64,000 bases of DNA from Bacteroidales bacterium (lineage in GTDB: Bacteria; Bacteroidota; Bacteroidia; Bacteroidales; UBA932): assembly GCA_017962925.1 (NCBI GenBank), contig JAGCUK010000023.1:9005-73004 (forward strand), read 5' to 3'. A program made the position numbers and the translations under genes. Below, in pieces: positions 20,072-29,329 of the stretch (the stretch's first letter is position 1; each line of letters opens with the position of its first letter). Under the pieces are notes generated by a model. It did no database searches. It was given only the letters and a program-made list of their open reading frames with translations, and was not told where the DNA came from.

Positions 20072-20809
20072 ATGGGACTCTTAGAAGGAAAAGTCGCCCT
20101 CATCACGGGCGCATCCAGAGGAATTGGTAAAGCCATCGCCCTCAAATATGCGGCAGAAGGCGCCGACATTGCATTCACCGACCTCGTGGTGAATCAGGAC
20201 ACCGTTGCCGAAATCGCAGCCTTCGGCCACAAAGTGAAGGCCTACGAAAGCAACGCCGCCGACTTCGCTCAGACACAGGAAATCGTGGAGCAGATCCTCG
20301 CCGACTTTGGCAAAATCGACATCCTCGTGAACAACGCCGGCATCACCAAAGACGGCCTCGTCATGAGAATGACCGAGGAGCAGTGGGACGCCGTGATCGC
20401 GGTGAATATGAAATCCGCCTTCAACTTCATGCACGCCGTAGTGCCTGCAATGGCACGTGCCAAGAGCGGAAGCATCATCAATATGGCCTCCATCGCCGGC
20501 CAGATGGGCAATCCCGGGCAGGTGAACTACGCTGCCACCAAGGCAGGCCTTATCGCCATGGCAAAATCGGTGGCTAAGGAGATGGGATCCCGCGGCATCC
20601 GTGCCAACGCCATCGCCCCCGGATTCATCATCTCCGAGATGACCAACGCCCTGCCTGAGGCAGTACGGGAGGAGTACATCAAGGCCATCCCCCTCAAGCG
20701 CGGTGGCACCCCCGAGGACATCGCCAACGCGGCACTATTCCTCGCCAGCGACCTCTCATCCTACATCACCGGCCAGGTCATCCCTGTCAACGGAGGATTG
20801 TACTGCTAG
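20072..20809 (+). CDS. fabG: 3-oxoacyl-ACP reductase
   Basis: TGASRGIG, NNAGITKD, GNPGQVNYAATK, APGFI. Confidence 0.9.
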   Translation: MGLLEGKVALITGASRGIGKAIALKYAAEGADIAFTDLVVNQDTVAEIAAFGHKVKAYESNAADFAQTQEIVEQILADFGKIDILVNNAGITKDGLVMRMTEEQWDAVIAVNMKSAFNFMHAVVPAMARAKSGSIINMASIAGQMGNPGQVNYAATKAGLIAMAKSVAKEMGSRGIRANAIAPGFIISEMTNALPEAVREEYIKAIPLKRGGTPEDIANAALFLASDLSSYITGQVIPVNGGLYC

Positions 20810-21438
20810 AGTGCGACGGTCAGCCCCAGCCCCAGGACGTTGATGTCCGATTCGGACGGGTAGGCCGTTTTGAACATGTAGTAGATGTTGAGGGAGGTGG
20901 AAGGGTAGAGCCTGATATCGGCGCCGGCGATGAGTCGGCGCTGAAATTTTTCCGGGCGGGTGAGCCAGATGGCGGTGAGATAAGGGGAGACTGCCCAGTC
21001 TTCGGGGGCGTACCCGATGCGGAACTGACTCAGGAGGAAGCAGGGTTTCGTTGGTTCCACGTTGCTGGCGATGAAGAAGTATTCCCTCTGCAGAGTGCTG
21101 AACTTGAAGTCCCCCAGCGATGCGGCGGCGTTGAGGCCCAGGTGGATGCGGAAAGCGTTGCGCCACTGTCCTCCTCCGAGGTTCGTCTGATTCCCCTCGA
21201 AATTGACCTCTCCCGTGAGCCAGGGGAGGAATTTATAGCGATTGAAGATGCGCACGAAGCGCTGATCCGTGTCGCGTGCGTTGTCTTTCGTGCGGATTTC
21301 CCCACGCAGCGTCACGGTGTACTTAGGGGTAAAGCTGAGTTTCAGCGCCAGATAGGTCCAGGTGCCGGCATCCGGCTCTTCGGCGGAGGCCAACAGCGGC
21401 ATCGACAGCAAGGCGATTATGAAAACGAGGCGCTTCAT
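20806..21438 (-). CDS. DUF2490-like outer-membrane beta-barrel protein
   Basis: Signal peptide, alternating beta strands, D.G.W N-terminus, NVLGLGL C-terminus. Confidence 0.65.
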   Translation of the reverse strand: MKRLVFIIALLSMPLLASAEEPDAGTWTYLALKLSFTPKYTVTLRGEIRTKDNARDTDQRFVRIFNRYKFLPWLTGEVNFEGNQTNLGGGQWRNAFRIHLGLNAAASLGDFKFSTLQREYFFIASNVEPTKPCFLLSQFRIGYAPEDWAVSPYLTAIWLTRPEKFQRRLIAGADIRLYPSTSLNIYYMFKTAYPSESDINVLGLGLTVAL

Positions 21439-21490
21439 TCAGGGACAAAGATACAACAATAACGATGAAAATCGTTATATTTGTGAGACT

Positions 21491-22309
21491 ATGGACAAAA
21501 CGAAACTATATATACTGGTTACCAATTCCACCGCTCTGGCCGGCTCCTCGCTGACTCTGGAGCAGAATATGCGCCTGTTGGACGAGGGGGTCAGCAGCGA
21601 GGGAAAGACCATCGCGGAGCAACTCCTCAACCTCGATGTCAAGGCGGCCTATGAGTTCGCTTTGAAGGAGGCTGCGAGCCACCAGATGTGGAGCGCTTAC
21701 CGCGTGAAGCTGCTTGCCGGGAAGGCCTTGAAGAGCTATGGCTTCGATTGCAACGTGGTGCGTAACGAAGCCGCTCTGCAGAAGCTTTGCCAGGAGGCGA
21801 ACGAGGCGAGGATGCATGCCCGTACTCTGAAGGACGAGGGTTTGTATGCGGCGAGTATTTCCATCCATTTCCGCGTGAGCGATGCGGAACTCTGGGCGGA
21901 GGGGAACGATATCGTGGCGCGCCTGCTGATGAATATGTTGCAGGTGGAGTTCGGGCTGGAGCCGCTTTCTGTGAAGAATGTGGCGGAGTATGAGAAAATT
22001 CTGGGATCGGCGGTCCGGGAGGATATCGCGGATATCTTCACGAAACACGCGTGGGAGGTGCTGGCCCCGGTGAATAAATGTGCAAGAATTACCCGTCCGA
22101 CGGTCGAACCCAAAGAGGAGCCGTTGAAGAATGGGGCCAGGATACTGGATATCCTGACATTACACCCGCGATATACCACCGCGGACCTTGCGGAAGCTCT
22201 TAAGATTTCCGTGAAGGGAGTTGAAAAACACCTGGCTAAACTAAAGAAAAGCGGAGCACTGCTCCGCATCGGCCCGGATAAAGGCGGGCACTGGCTTGTG
22301 AAGAAATGA
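21491..22309 (+). CDS. Fic-like protein with degenerate active site and C-terminal wHTH
   Basis: NSTALAGSSLT and ELWAEGNDIVARLLMN replace the Fic motifs; C-terminal LAEALKIS.KGVEKHL..LK...L.RIGPDKGGHW. Confidence 0.75.
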   Translation: MDKTKLYILVTNSTALAGSSLTLEQNMRLLDEGVSSEGKTIAEQLLNLDVKAAYEFALKEAASHQMWSAYRVKLLAGKALKSYGFDCNVVRNEAALQKLCQEANEARMHARTLKDEGLYAASISIHFRVSDAELWAEGNDIVARLLMNMLQVEFGLEPLSVKNVAEYEKILGSAVREDIADIFTKHAWEVLAPVNKCARITRPTVEPKEEPLKNGARILDILTLHPRYTTADLAEALKISVKGVEKHLAKLKKSGALLRIGPDKGGHWLVKK

Positions 22310-24762
22310 AAAGTGGGTTATTAATTGCAATGTTAGCCGCTGCTGCGATGGTAGCATGCACCAAAGCTGAACTAAGGGAGACTGCGGGGCAGGAAGGTCT
22401 GCCTGCGCAGGAAAAACCTACAGAAGATATTATCAAATCTGCCATCATAAAGGTGGATGACGCCTTTGTGGAGGTGCTGGAAAGCGCTACTGCCGCCGAG
22501 AAAACCTACACCAAGGCCCAGGACTTCAACGAGGTCATCGACGATCTGGCGATCGTTTCCTACGAGCGCCTGTATCCGGATGCCGGTGAGTTCGAGCCCC
22601 GCACTCGCAGGGATGGTCTGCACAAGTGGTACATCGTGAAATACGACAGTTCCAAATCCATTGTCAAGGCCGGGGATGCGCTTGGCGCCGTGCAGGGCGT
22701 GGAAAAGGTCAGTTATCCCCGCAAAATCAAGATGCGCAGCCTGCCGAACGACCCTTATTTCAAGTGGCAGTGGGACCTCTACAATGACCTCAGCCTGAAT
22801 CTGACCATCAAATATCACGGATCCATCGAATCCTCCAACCAGGGTTGCAGTGTCAATGTGGTGGATGTATGGGATAACTACACTACCGGCTCCAGCGACG
22901 TGATTGTGGCCGTGGTGGATGAGGGTGTGGACCTATCGCACCCGGACATCGCCTCGGCATGCGTTCCGGCAGGCAGCAACGGCAGTTATAATTTTGTAAA
23001 AAACAACACTAAAATCAATGGGGGCGCCCACGGCACCCACGTTGCCGGAACCATCGCTGCCATCCGTAATAACGGAGTTGGCGTGGCCGGTATCGCCGGG
23101 GGAGATTATGCCGCAGGTATCCCCGGGGTCAAGATCCTTAGTTGTCAGATTTTCGACGGGGATGATATTGCTTCCGATGCCGGTTTCATGCGTGCTTTGA
23201 AATGGGGCGCGGACCACGGTGCGGTTATCAGCCAGAACAGCTGGGGGCATTCTTATGATTGCGATGATGATGGCAATATAACCGCTCAGGGCCTTCAGGA
23301 CGCGAAAAACGATAATATCGACGATTACGAAAAGTCAGGAGTTGATTACTTTATCAAGTATGCAGGTTGCGATAATGACGGCAACCAGTTGCCGAATTCC
23401 CCCATGAAAGGCGGAGTGGTCATTTTCGCTTCGGGCAACGACAACATCGAATACGGCTGGCCCGCTAACTACGAGCCCATCATCGCCGTAGGTGCGTCCG
23501 GCCCCGACTGGAAGCCTACCTGGTACACCAACTATGGTTCATGGGTTGATATCGCCGCCCCCGGTGGAGATCTTTATGGATCCGGATATGGCAACGATGC
23601 GGATGCCGTTGGATACAGCCGTGGCAATATCTTCAACCTCTATCAGACCAAGTACGATCCCAACGAGGATTACCAGAATTACGGCTATATGGGCGGCACC
23701 TCCATGGCCTGCCCTCACGTGAGTGGAGTGGCCGCGCTGCTGGTGTCTTATTTCGGCGGGGTGGGATTCACCAATACTGAACTCAAGCACCTCCTTCTGG
23801 ACGGCGCAAACAGCAATTACGTATCGAGCAAGACCCCTATCGGGCCTGCCGTGGATGCATTGGGCTCCTTCCAACTTGGAATCCCTCCATCCACCATCGC
23901 TCCGAACAAGGTGACAGATTTCACCCTGACCGCCAAGCGCAGGGATGTCTCTATCAGCTGGACGGTGCCGGCCGATGCGGATGATTCCAAGGCCGCAGGC
24001 GTGCGGGTGCTGTTCGGCATGAGGGAGAGTGACGTTCGCAACAGCACTCCCAAATCCCTCGCGTCCGGGGTAACCATGCTCGACTTCCCGACCGGCACCG
24101 CTTCTGCCGGCGACAAGCTAAACGGTGAGCTTGGCACATTGTCTTATTCCACCACCTACTACGTTGCGGTTTACGCATACGACCGTTCGGCGAATTACTC
24201 GGAAGTGTCTGAAATCAAGAGTATTACCACGCCGGACAATCACGCTCCGGTCATCAAGAACCAGCCTGACGGAATCATCCTTTACGGCACCGGCGCGGGC
24301 AAGAATCTGTCGGTCAGCGATATCTTCCAGGATCCCGACGGAGACCCTCTGACCATCACATCCTCCTCGGTAAATCAAAGCATCGCCAATGTTTCCATGC
24401 AGGGAACTTCGATCCGCATCCGCGCCAGCAAACCCGGCCTCACCAAGGTGGTCATCGTCGCAAACGACGGGGATAAATCTACCCCCTGCAACATACCGGT
24501 GCTCGTTAAGGCGGATGCCGCAAATCCTGCGGAGACAACCCCTTCGCCCATCACCGACAAGCTGGTTATCAGCACCGAAGAAGATGCGGAGACTTACGTG
24601 CGCATAGTCAATTCCACCGGAAGGGTGGTGTATGAAACCACTCAGGTCTTCAGCGGATTCAACCCTCTGACAATAGAGACCGCAGGCCTGGCGCCCGGAA
24701 GGTACTCCGTAACCATCAGCTACGGCGGTAAAACTTACACCAAAACCATCGTGAAAATATGA
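22306..24762 (+). CDS. Subtilisin-like S8 serine peptidase lipoprotein with FN3/Ig-like domains and T9SS-like C-terminus
   Basis: Triad motifs VAVVDEG, HGTHVAG, GTSMACPHVSG; lipobox MVAC; ends GRYSVTI...TKTIVKI. Confidence 0.9.
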   Translation: MKSGLLIAMLAAAAMVACTKAELRETAGQEGLPAQEKPTEDIIKSAIIKVDDAFVEVLESATAAEKTYTKAQDFNEVIDDLAIVSYERLYPDAGEFEPRTRRDGLHKWYIVKYDSSKSIVKAGDALGAVQGVEKVSYPRKIKMRSLPNDPYFKWQWDLYNDLSLNLTIKYHGSIESSNQGCSVNVVDVWDNYTTGSSDVIVAVVDEGVDLSHPDIASACVPAGSNGSYNFVKNNTKINGGAHGTHVAGTIAAIRNNGVGVAGIAGGDYAAGIPGVKILSCQIFDGDDIASDAGFMRALKWGADHGAVISQNSWGHSYDCDDDGNITAQGLQDAKNDNIDDYEKSGVDYFIKYAGCDNDGNQLPNSPMKGGVVIFASGNDNIEYGWPANYEPIIAVGASGPDWKPTWYTNYGSWVDIAAPGGDLYGSGYGNDADAVGYSRGNIFNLYQTKYDPNEDYQNYGYMGGTSMACPHVSGVAALLVSYFGGVGFTNTELKHLLLDGANSNYVSSKTPIGPAVDALGSFQLGIPPSTIAPNKVTDFTLTAKRRDVSISWTVPADADDSKAAGVRVLFGMRESDVRNSTPKSLASGVTMLDFPTGTASAGDKLNGELGTLSYSTTYYVAVYAYDRSANYSEVSEIKSITTPDNHAPVIKNQPDGIILYGTGAGKNLSVSDIFQDPDGDPLTITSSSVNQSIANVSMQGTSIRIRASKPGLTKVVIVANDGDKSTPCNIPVLVKADAANPAETTPSPITDKLVISTEEDAETYVRIVNSTGRVVYETTQVFSGFNPLTIETAGLAPGRYSVTISYGGKTYTKTIVKI

Positions 24763-25637
24763 GAAAGTTATATATAATGTTTGCCGCCGGCCTGATTTCG
24801 CTGGCCGCTGCTGCCCAGAATCCGACTTCGGAGGCCCTGCCTTTCATGCAGCTGGACTACAACCCGTCATCGATCGCAATGGGTAGCACTCAGGTATCTT
24901 CCGCTGCCACTCTCCCGTTCTGCGAGATGAAGTTGGCCGGGGGACTATCCTACCAGAATTATATGCCGCAGATCAGCGCCACCCAGTTTATTGGGGCCGG
25001 GCTGGCCGGACGCCTGGACAAGATCGGGTATTCCCTTTCTTTCGTGCATGGAACGGGCGAAAAGGTGTTTATGGAGGATGCGGGCAGCAAGTATTATGAG
25101 CCCACCGAGATGTTGCTGAATGCCGGCCTGAGTTATGCTTTCCTGGATTTTCTGGCGGTCGGGGTGAATGTGAAGTATGCCAAGGAGCAGCCGTGGACCA
25201 ACTATTCCATCGATGGTATTGCGGCGGATGTTTTCGTCGCGGGCAAGGTCGAGGGAATTGATTTTGCGGCTGGGGTTTCTTCCCTGGGTCCGAAGGTGAA
25301 ATCGCAGTCCTCCGATGAGTTCGACCTCCCTACTGCTCTGACTGTGGGCGCGGGATACCGGTATGAGATCAGCGATGAGCATGCTCTGGCGATCCGCGCG
25401 AAGGTGGATTCCTATCTCTCCACCGGCCTTGCCGCCGGCGCGGGAGTAGAGTATTGTTTTTCGGGGATGGTTTCCGCCCGCGCCGGCTACCACTATGGTG
25501 GCGACAGCGTCCTCCCTACCTTCGCTTCCGCCGGCCTTGGAGTGAACTATAGCGGCTTCACCCTCGACGCCGCCTATCTCTTCGCCTCCGACATCCTCGG
25601 CGGCACCTTCGCCCTCAGCGCCGGATATCGATTCTAA
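24759..25637 (+). CDS. PorV/PorQ-family outer-membrane beta-barrel
   Basis: PF.......SIAMG N-terminus, ARAGY, SAGLG, terminal GYRF; ATGA overlap with the S8 peptidase. Confidence 0.75.
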   Translation: MRKLYIMFAAGLISLAAAAQNPTSEALPFMQLDYNPSSIAMGSTQVSSAATLPFCEMKLAGGLSYQNYMPQISATQFIGAGLAGRLDKIGYSLSFVHGTGEKVFMEDAGSKYYEPTEMLLNAGLSYAFLDFLAVGVNVKYAKEQPWTNYSIDGIAADVFVAGKVEGIDFAAGVSSLGPKVKSQSSDEFDLPTALTVGAGYRYEISDEHALAIRAKVDSYLSTGLAAGAGVEYCFSGMVSARAGYHYGGDSVLPTFASAGLGVNYSGFTLDAAYLFASDILGGTFALSAGYRF

Positions 25638-25655
25638 AGGTAACATCCCTCCATA

Positions 25656-25794
25656 ACCGCAAAAAGGCAGCCACGAATGAGCGCAGCAGCGCGAACGGCG
25701 GAGGCCGGTCCGAAGGACTAAGGCCGGGAGCCGCGGGGTACATTAGGGGCAGAGCCCCTGATAAAAGGTCCTTGGGACCGCAAAAAGGCAGCCA
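25656..25794. repeat. 18-bp direct repeats flanking a ~100-bp structured segment
   Basis: ACCGCAAAAAGGCAGCCA at 25656-25673 and 25777-25794. Confidence 0.7.
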
Positions 25795-25810
25795 AACGGC
25801 TGCCTTTTTG
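25781..25810. terminator. Bidirectional intrinsic terminator
   Basis: CAAAAAGGCAGCC-AAAC-GGCTGCCTTTTTG directly after the tRNA 3' end. Confidence 0.8.
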
Positions 25811-25884
25811 TGGTCCCTGCAGGGCATGATCCTGCGACCCCCTGATTATGAGTCAGATGCTCTAACCAACTGAGCTAAGGGACC
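25811..25884 (-). tRNA. tRNA with CAT anticodon, probably tRNA-Ile2 (otherwise elongator Met)
   Basis: GGTCCCT/AGGGACC acceptor stem, TAGCTCAGTTGGTTAGAGC D-arm, CTCATAA loop; lacks initiator features; CCA not encoded. Confidence 0.9.
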
Positions 25885-25924
25885 CTATGCCCGATCAAGC
25901 GGGCACTGACGCCTTAAGGGCGCG

Positions 25925-26230
25925 TCACACCTTGATCTCAACCTCAACACCGGAAGGAAGCTCGAGCTTCATGAGGGCATCCACGGTCTTGCCGTTAGAA
26001 TCCTCGATATCGAGCAACCTGCGGTATGAATCGAGCTCGAACTGCTCGCGGGACTTCTTGTTGACGAAGGTCGAGCGGTTCACTGTGAAGATCTTCTTGT
26101 TCGTAGGGAGCGGAATAGGACCGATAACCCTTGCGCCAGTGCTCTTCACCGTCTCAACGATCTTGGCTGCGGACTTGTCCACGAGCATGTGATCGAAAGA
26201 CTTGAGTTTAATTCTGATTTTTTGGCTCAT
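25925..26230 (-). CDS. rpsJ: 30S ribosomal protein S10
   Basis: [25 protein letters not shown]. Confidence 0.98.
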   Translation of the reverse strand: MSQKIRIKLKSFDHMLVDKSAAKIVETVKSTGARVIGPIPLPTNKKIFTVNRSTFVNKKSREQFELDSYRRLLDIEDSNGKTVDALMKLELPSGVEVEIKV

Positions 26231-26247
26231 ATCGCAAATTTAAATAA

Positions 26248-28365
26248 TTATTCTCCAAAGGAAGGCATCCTGTACCCACTTTTTTCAACAATATCCTTGG
26301 CCATAATGGCAGGAACCTGCTCATAGTGGTCGAAAGACATCGTGCTGGAAGCACGTCCGGATGACAGTGTCCGCAGAACGGTCACGTATCCGAACTGCTC
26401 CGCGAGCGGCACGAACGCCTTGATTATCCTTGCACCGTAGTTCGTGCTGTCCATGCTCACGATCTGTCCGCGGCGGCGGTTCAGGTCCCCCGTGATCTCA
26501 CCCATGTATTCCTCGGGAGTAACAACTTCGAGGCTCATGATGGGTTCGAGGAGAACCGGAGCGCACTTGCGGCAGGCGTTGCGGAAAGCCTCACGCGCTG
26601 CAAGTTCGAATGAAAGCTGATCGGAGTCCACCGGGTGGAAGGAACCGTCGAGCAGGGTGACTTTGAGGCTCTGCATCTGGTTGCCGGCGAGTACGCCGTT
26701 GACCATCGCAGACTCGAAGCCCTTCTGCACTGCAGGAATGAATTCCTTCGGCACGTTTCCTCCCTTGACGACGCTCTCGAACTGAAGTCCTGAAACGCCC
26801 TCGTCGGCGGGACCGATCTCGACAGATATGTCTGCAAACTTCCCACGTCCGCCAGTCTGCTTCTTGAATACTTCGCGGATCTGGGTGGAACGTGTAATCG
26901 CTTCTTTGTAGTTGACCATAGGGGCACCCTGGTTGATATCCACCCCGAACTCGCGACGCAAACGGTCCACGATGATATCGAGGTGAAGCTCACCCATGCC
27001 GCTGATAATCGTCTGCCCCGTCTCGGCATCGGAACGCACGGTGAAGGTAGGATCCTCCTCCTGCAGCTTTCCGAGAGCGATCCCGAGCTTGTCGAGATCT
27101 TGCTGAGTCTTGGGCTCGATTGCTATGCTGATCACGGGTTCAGGGAACTCCATGCTCTCAAGGGCCAGCTTGTGGCTTTCGTCGCAGACGGTGTCCCCCG
27201 TGCGGAGGTCCTTGAATCCGACTGCTGCGCAGATATCTCCCGCCTCCACGAACTCGATAGGGTTCTGGTGGTTGGAGTGCATCTGGAACAGCCTGGACAC
27301 GCGGTCTTTTTTTCCCGTGCGGGAATTCAGCACGTAGGAACCTGCGTCCAGATGGCCTGAGTAAACCCTGAGATATGCCAGACGGCCCACGAAAGGATCG
27401 GTTGCAATCTTGAACACGAGTGCGCAGAACGGCCCGTCGGAAGTAGGATGAAGATCAACCTCGGCCCCATTGTGGGTGTTCGTCGCTTTGGTAGACCCCA
27501 CATCCCAGGGAGAAGGCAGGTAGCGGACTACCGCATCGAGGAGGAACTGGATACCCTTGTTCTTGTAGGAAGAACCGCAGGTCGCGGGGACGATCTTCAT
27601 TTCGATCGTGCCCTTGCGGAGCGCTGCGATGATCTCTTCCTCCGTGAGGGATTCAGGATCCTCGAAATACTTCTCCATGAGGGAATCGTCGCAATCGACC
27701 GCGGCCTCGACAAGCTTGTCGCGCCAGGTCTCGACCTCTTCCCGCATATCCTCGGGGATTTCACGTACATCGTAGTTTACCAGGTCTTCGCCGGTATTGT
27801 AGATGTACGCTTTGCGTGAGATCAGGTCAACAATACCGGCGAATGTTTCTTCTGCGCCGATAGGAAGACTGATCGGCACGGCCGTAGCCCCCAGCTTGAC
27901 TTTGATATCATCGCAACAGCCGAGGAAGTCCGCGCCCACGCGGTCCATCTTGTTCACGTATGCAATCTTCGGGACTCCGTACTTGTCGGCCTGGCGCCAG
28001 ACGGTCTCGCTCTGCGGCTGCACCTTGCCTACTGCGTCGAACGTGGCGATCGTGCCGTCGAGCACACGGAGCGAACGCTCCACCTCGACGGTGAAATCCA
28101 CGTGACCGGGAGTGTCGATCAGATTGATCTGGAAGACATTCCCGTTGTAGTGCCAGAATGCAGTGGTAGCAGCAGAGGTGATAGTGATACCCCTCTCCTG
28201 CTCCTGGACCATCCAGTCCATTGTGGCGGCACCGTCGTGCACTTCCCCGATCTTATGATTTTTTCCCGTGTAGAACAGGATGCGCTCAGAAGTCGTGGTC
28301 TTGCCGGCATCGATGTGCGCCATAATGCCGATGTTTCTGGTGAAATGTAAGTCCCTGCTGGCCAT
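26248..28365 (-). CDS. fusA: Elongation factor G
   Basis: [30 protein letters not shown]. Confidence 0.98.
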   Translation of the reverse strand: MASRDLHFTRNIGIMAHIDAGKTTTSERILFYTGKNHKIGEVHDGAATMDWMVQEQERGITITSAATTAFWHYNGNVFQINLIDTPGHVDFTVEVERSLRVLDGTIATFDAVGKVQPQSETVWRQADKYGVPKIAYVNKMDRVGADFLGCCDDIKVKLGATAVPISLPIGAEETFAGIVDLISRKAYIYNTGEDLVNYDVREIPEDMREEVETWRDKLVEAAVDCDDSLMEKYFEDPESLTEEEIIAALRKGTIEMKIVPATCGSSYKNKGIQFLLDAVVRYLPSPWDVGSTKATNTHNGAEVDLHPTSDGPFCALVFKIATDPFVGRLAYLRVYSGHLDAGSYVLNSRTGKKDRVSRLFQMHSNHQNPIEFVEAGDICAAVGFKDLRTGDTVCDESHKLALESMEFPEPVISIAIEPKTQQDLDKLGIALGKLQEEDPTFTVRSDAETGQTIISGMGELHLDIIVDRLRREFGVDINQGAPMVNYKEAITRSTQIREVFKKQTGGRGKFADISVEIGPADEGVSGLQFESVVKGGNVPKEFIPAVQKGFESAMVNGVLAGNQMQSLKVTLLDGSFHPVDSDQLSFELAAREAFRNACRKCAPVLLEPIMSLEVVTPEEYMGEITGDLNRRRGQIVSMDSTNYGARIIKAFVPLAEQFGYVTVLRTLSSGRASSTMSFDHYEQVPAIMAKDIVEKSGYRMPSFGE

Positions 28366-28383
28366 CTAACTAACTTTGACCAA

Positions 28384-28860
28384 TTAGAAACGGAAGTGTG
28401 CGAATGCCTTGTTGGCTTCTGCCATGCGGTGCATATCCTCTTTGCGCTTGTATGCGCCGCCTTCATTGTTGTAACCCGCCATGATTTCTGCGGCGAGTTT
28501 TTCTGCCATCGAGTGGCCGGAACGCTTGCGGGCGAATTGTATCATATTCTTCATGGCGACAGATACTTTCCTTTCCGGACGCAACTCGGTCGGCACCTGG
28601 AAGTTAGCTCCACCGATACGGCGTGACTTAACCTCAATCTGAGGGGTCACGTTCTCGAGAGCCTGCCTCCAAATATCGAGAGGAGCCTTGTCAGAATCCT
28701 TCATCTTCTCGCCTACCATGTCAATGGCATCGTAAAAAATAGAATACGCGATACTCTTCTTCCCCTGCAACATAATGTTGTTCACGAAACGGGTGACCTC
28801 GATGTCGTGAAACTTAGGATCAGGAAGTAGAATCCTCTTCTTAGGCTTTGCTTTTCTCAT
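28384..28860 (-). CDS. rpsG: 30S ribosomal protein S7
   Basis: [29 protein letters not shown]. Confidence 0.98.
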   Translation of the reverse strand: MRKAKPKKRILLPDPKFHDIEVTRFVNNIMLQGKKSIAYSIFYDAIDMVGEKMKDSDKAPLDIWRQALENVTPQIEVKSRRIGGANFQVPTELRPERKVSVAMKNMIQFARKRSGHSMAEKLAAEIMAGYNNEGGAYKRKEDMHRMAEANKAFAHFRF

Positions 28861-28894
28861 AATTGAAAAAATTAAAAATTAAACCACCCGACGG

Positions 28895-29269
28895 CTACTT
28901 CTTCGGCCTTTTGGCTCCGTAGAGTGAGCGGGACTGAGTCCTGCCTTCCACGCCAGCCGTGTCCAAAGCGCCGCGAAGGATGTGATAACGTACACCAGGG
29001 AGGTCCTTTACACGACCACCGCGGACCAGCACGATGCTGTGTTCCTGGAGGTTGTGGCCCTCGCCCGGGATGTAGGCGTTCACCTCTTTAGCGTTGCTGA
29101 GACGTACACGGGCAACCTTACGCATTGCTGAGTTAGGCTTTTTAGGGGTAGTAGTATACACCCTGACGCATACGCCGCGCTTCTGAGGGCACGCATCCAA
29201 TGCGCGAGACTTGCTCTTCACTTCGAGAGTCTCACGTCCTTTGCGAACCAATTGTTGAATTGTCGGCAT
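28895..29269 (-). CDS. rpsL: 30S ribosomal protein S12
   Basis: [29 protein letters not shown]. Confidence 0.99.
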   Translation of the reverse strand: MPTIQQLVRKGRETLEVKSKSRALDACPQKRGVCVRVYTTTPKKPNSAMRKVARVRLSNAKEVNAYIPGEGHNLQEHSIVLVRGGRVKDLPGVRYHILRGALDTAGVEGRTQSRSLYGAKRPKK

Positions 29270-29281
29270 AAAATAATAGTT

Positions 29282-29318
29282 AAAAAAAACACCCCCGTAA
29301 AAAGGGGGTGCAAATATA
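29282..29318 (-). promoter_or_regulatory. str-operon -7 element abutting a terminator-like hairpin
   Basis: On the - strand TATATTTG is followed by CACCCCC-N7-GGGGGTG-T8. Confidence 0.65.
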
Positions 29319-29329
29319 GGAAAAATATT

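Noticed and set aside
28895-29269. Streptomycin-resistance allele of rpsL; absence of tuf after fusA
   Set aside because: PKKPNS and RVKDLPG are wild type, and tuf normally lies elsewhere in Bacteroidetes
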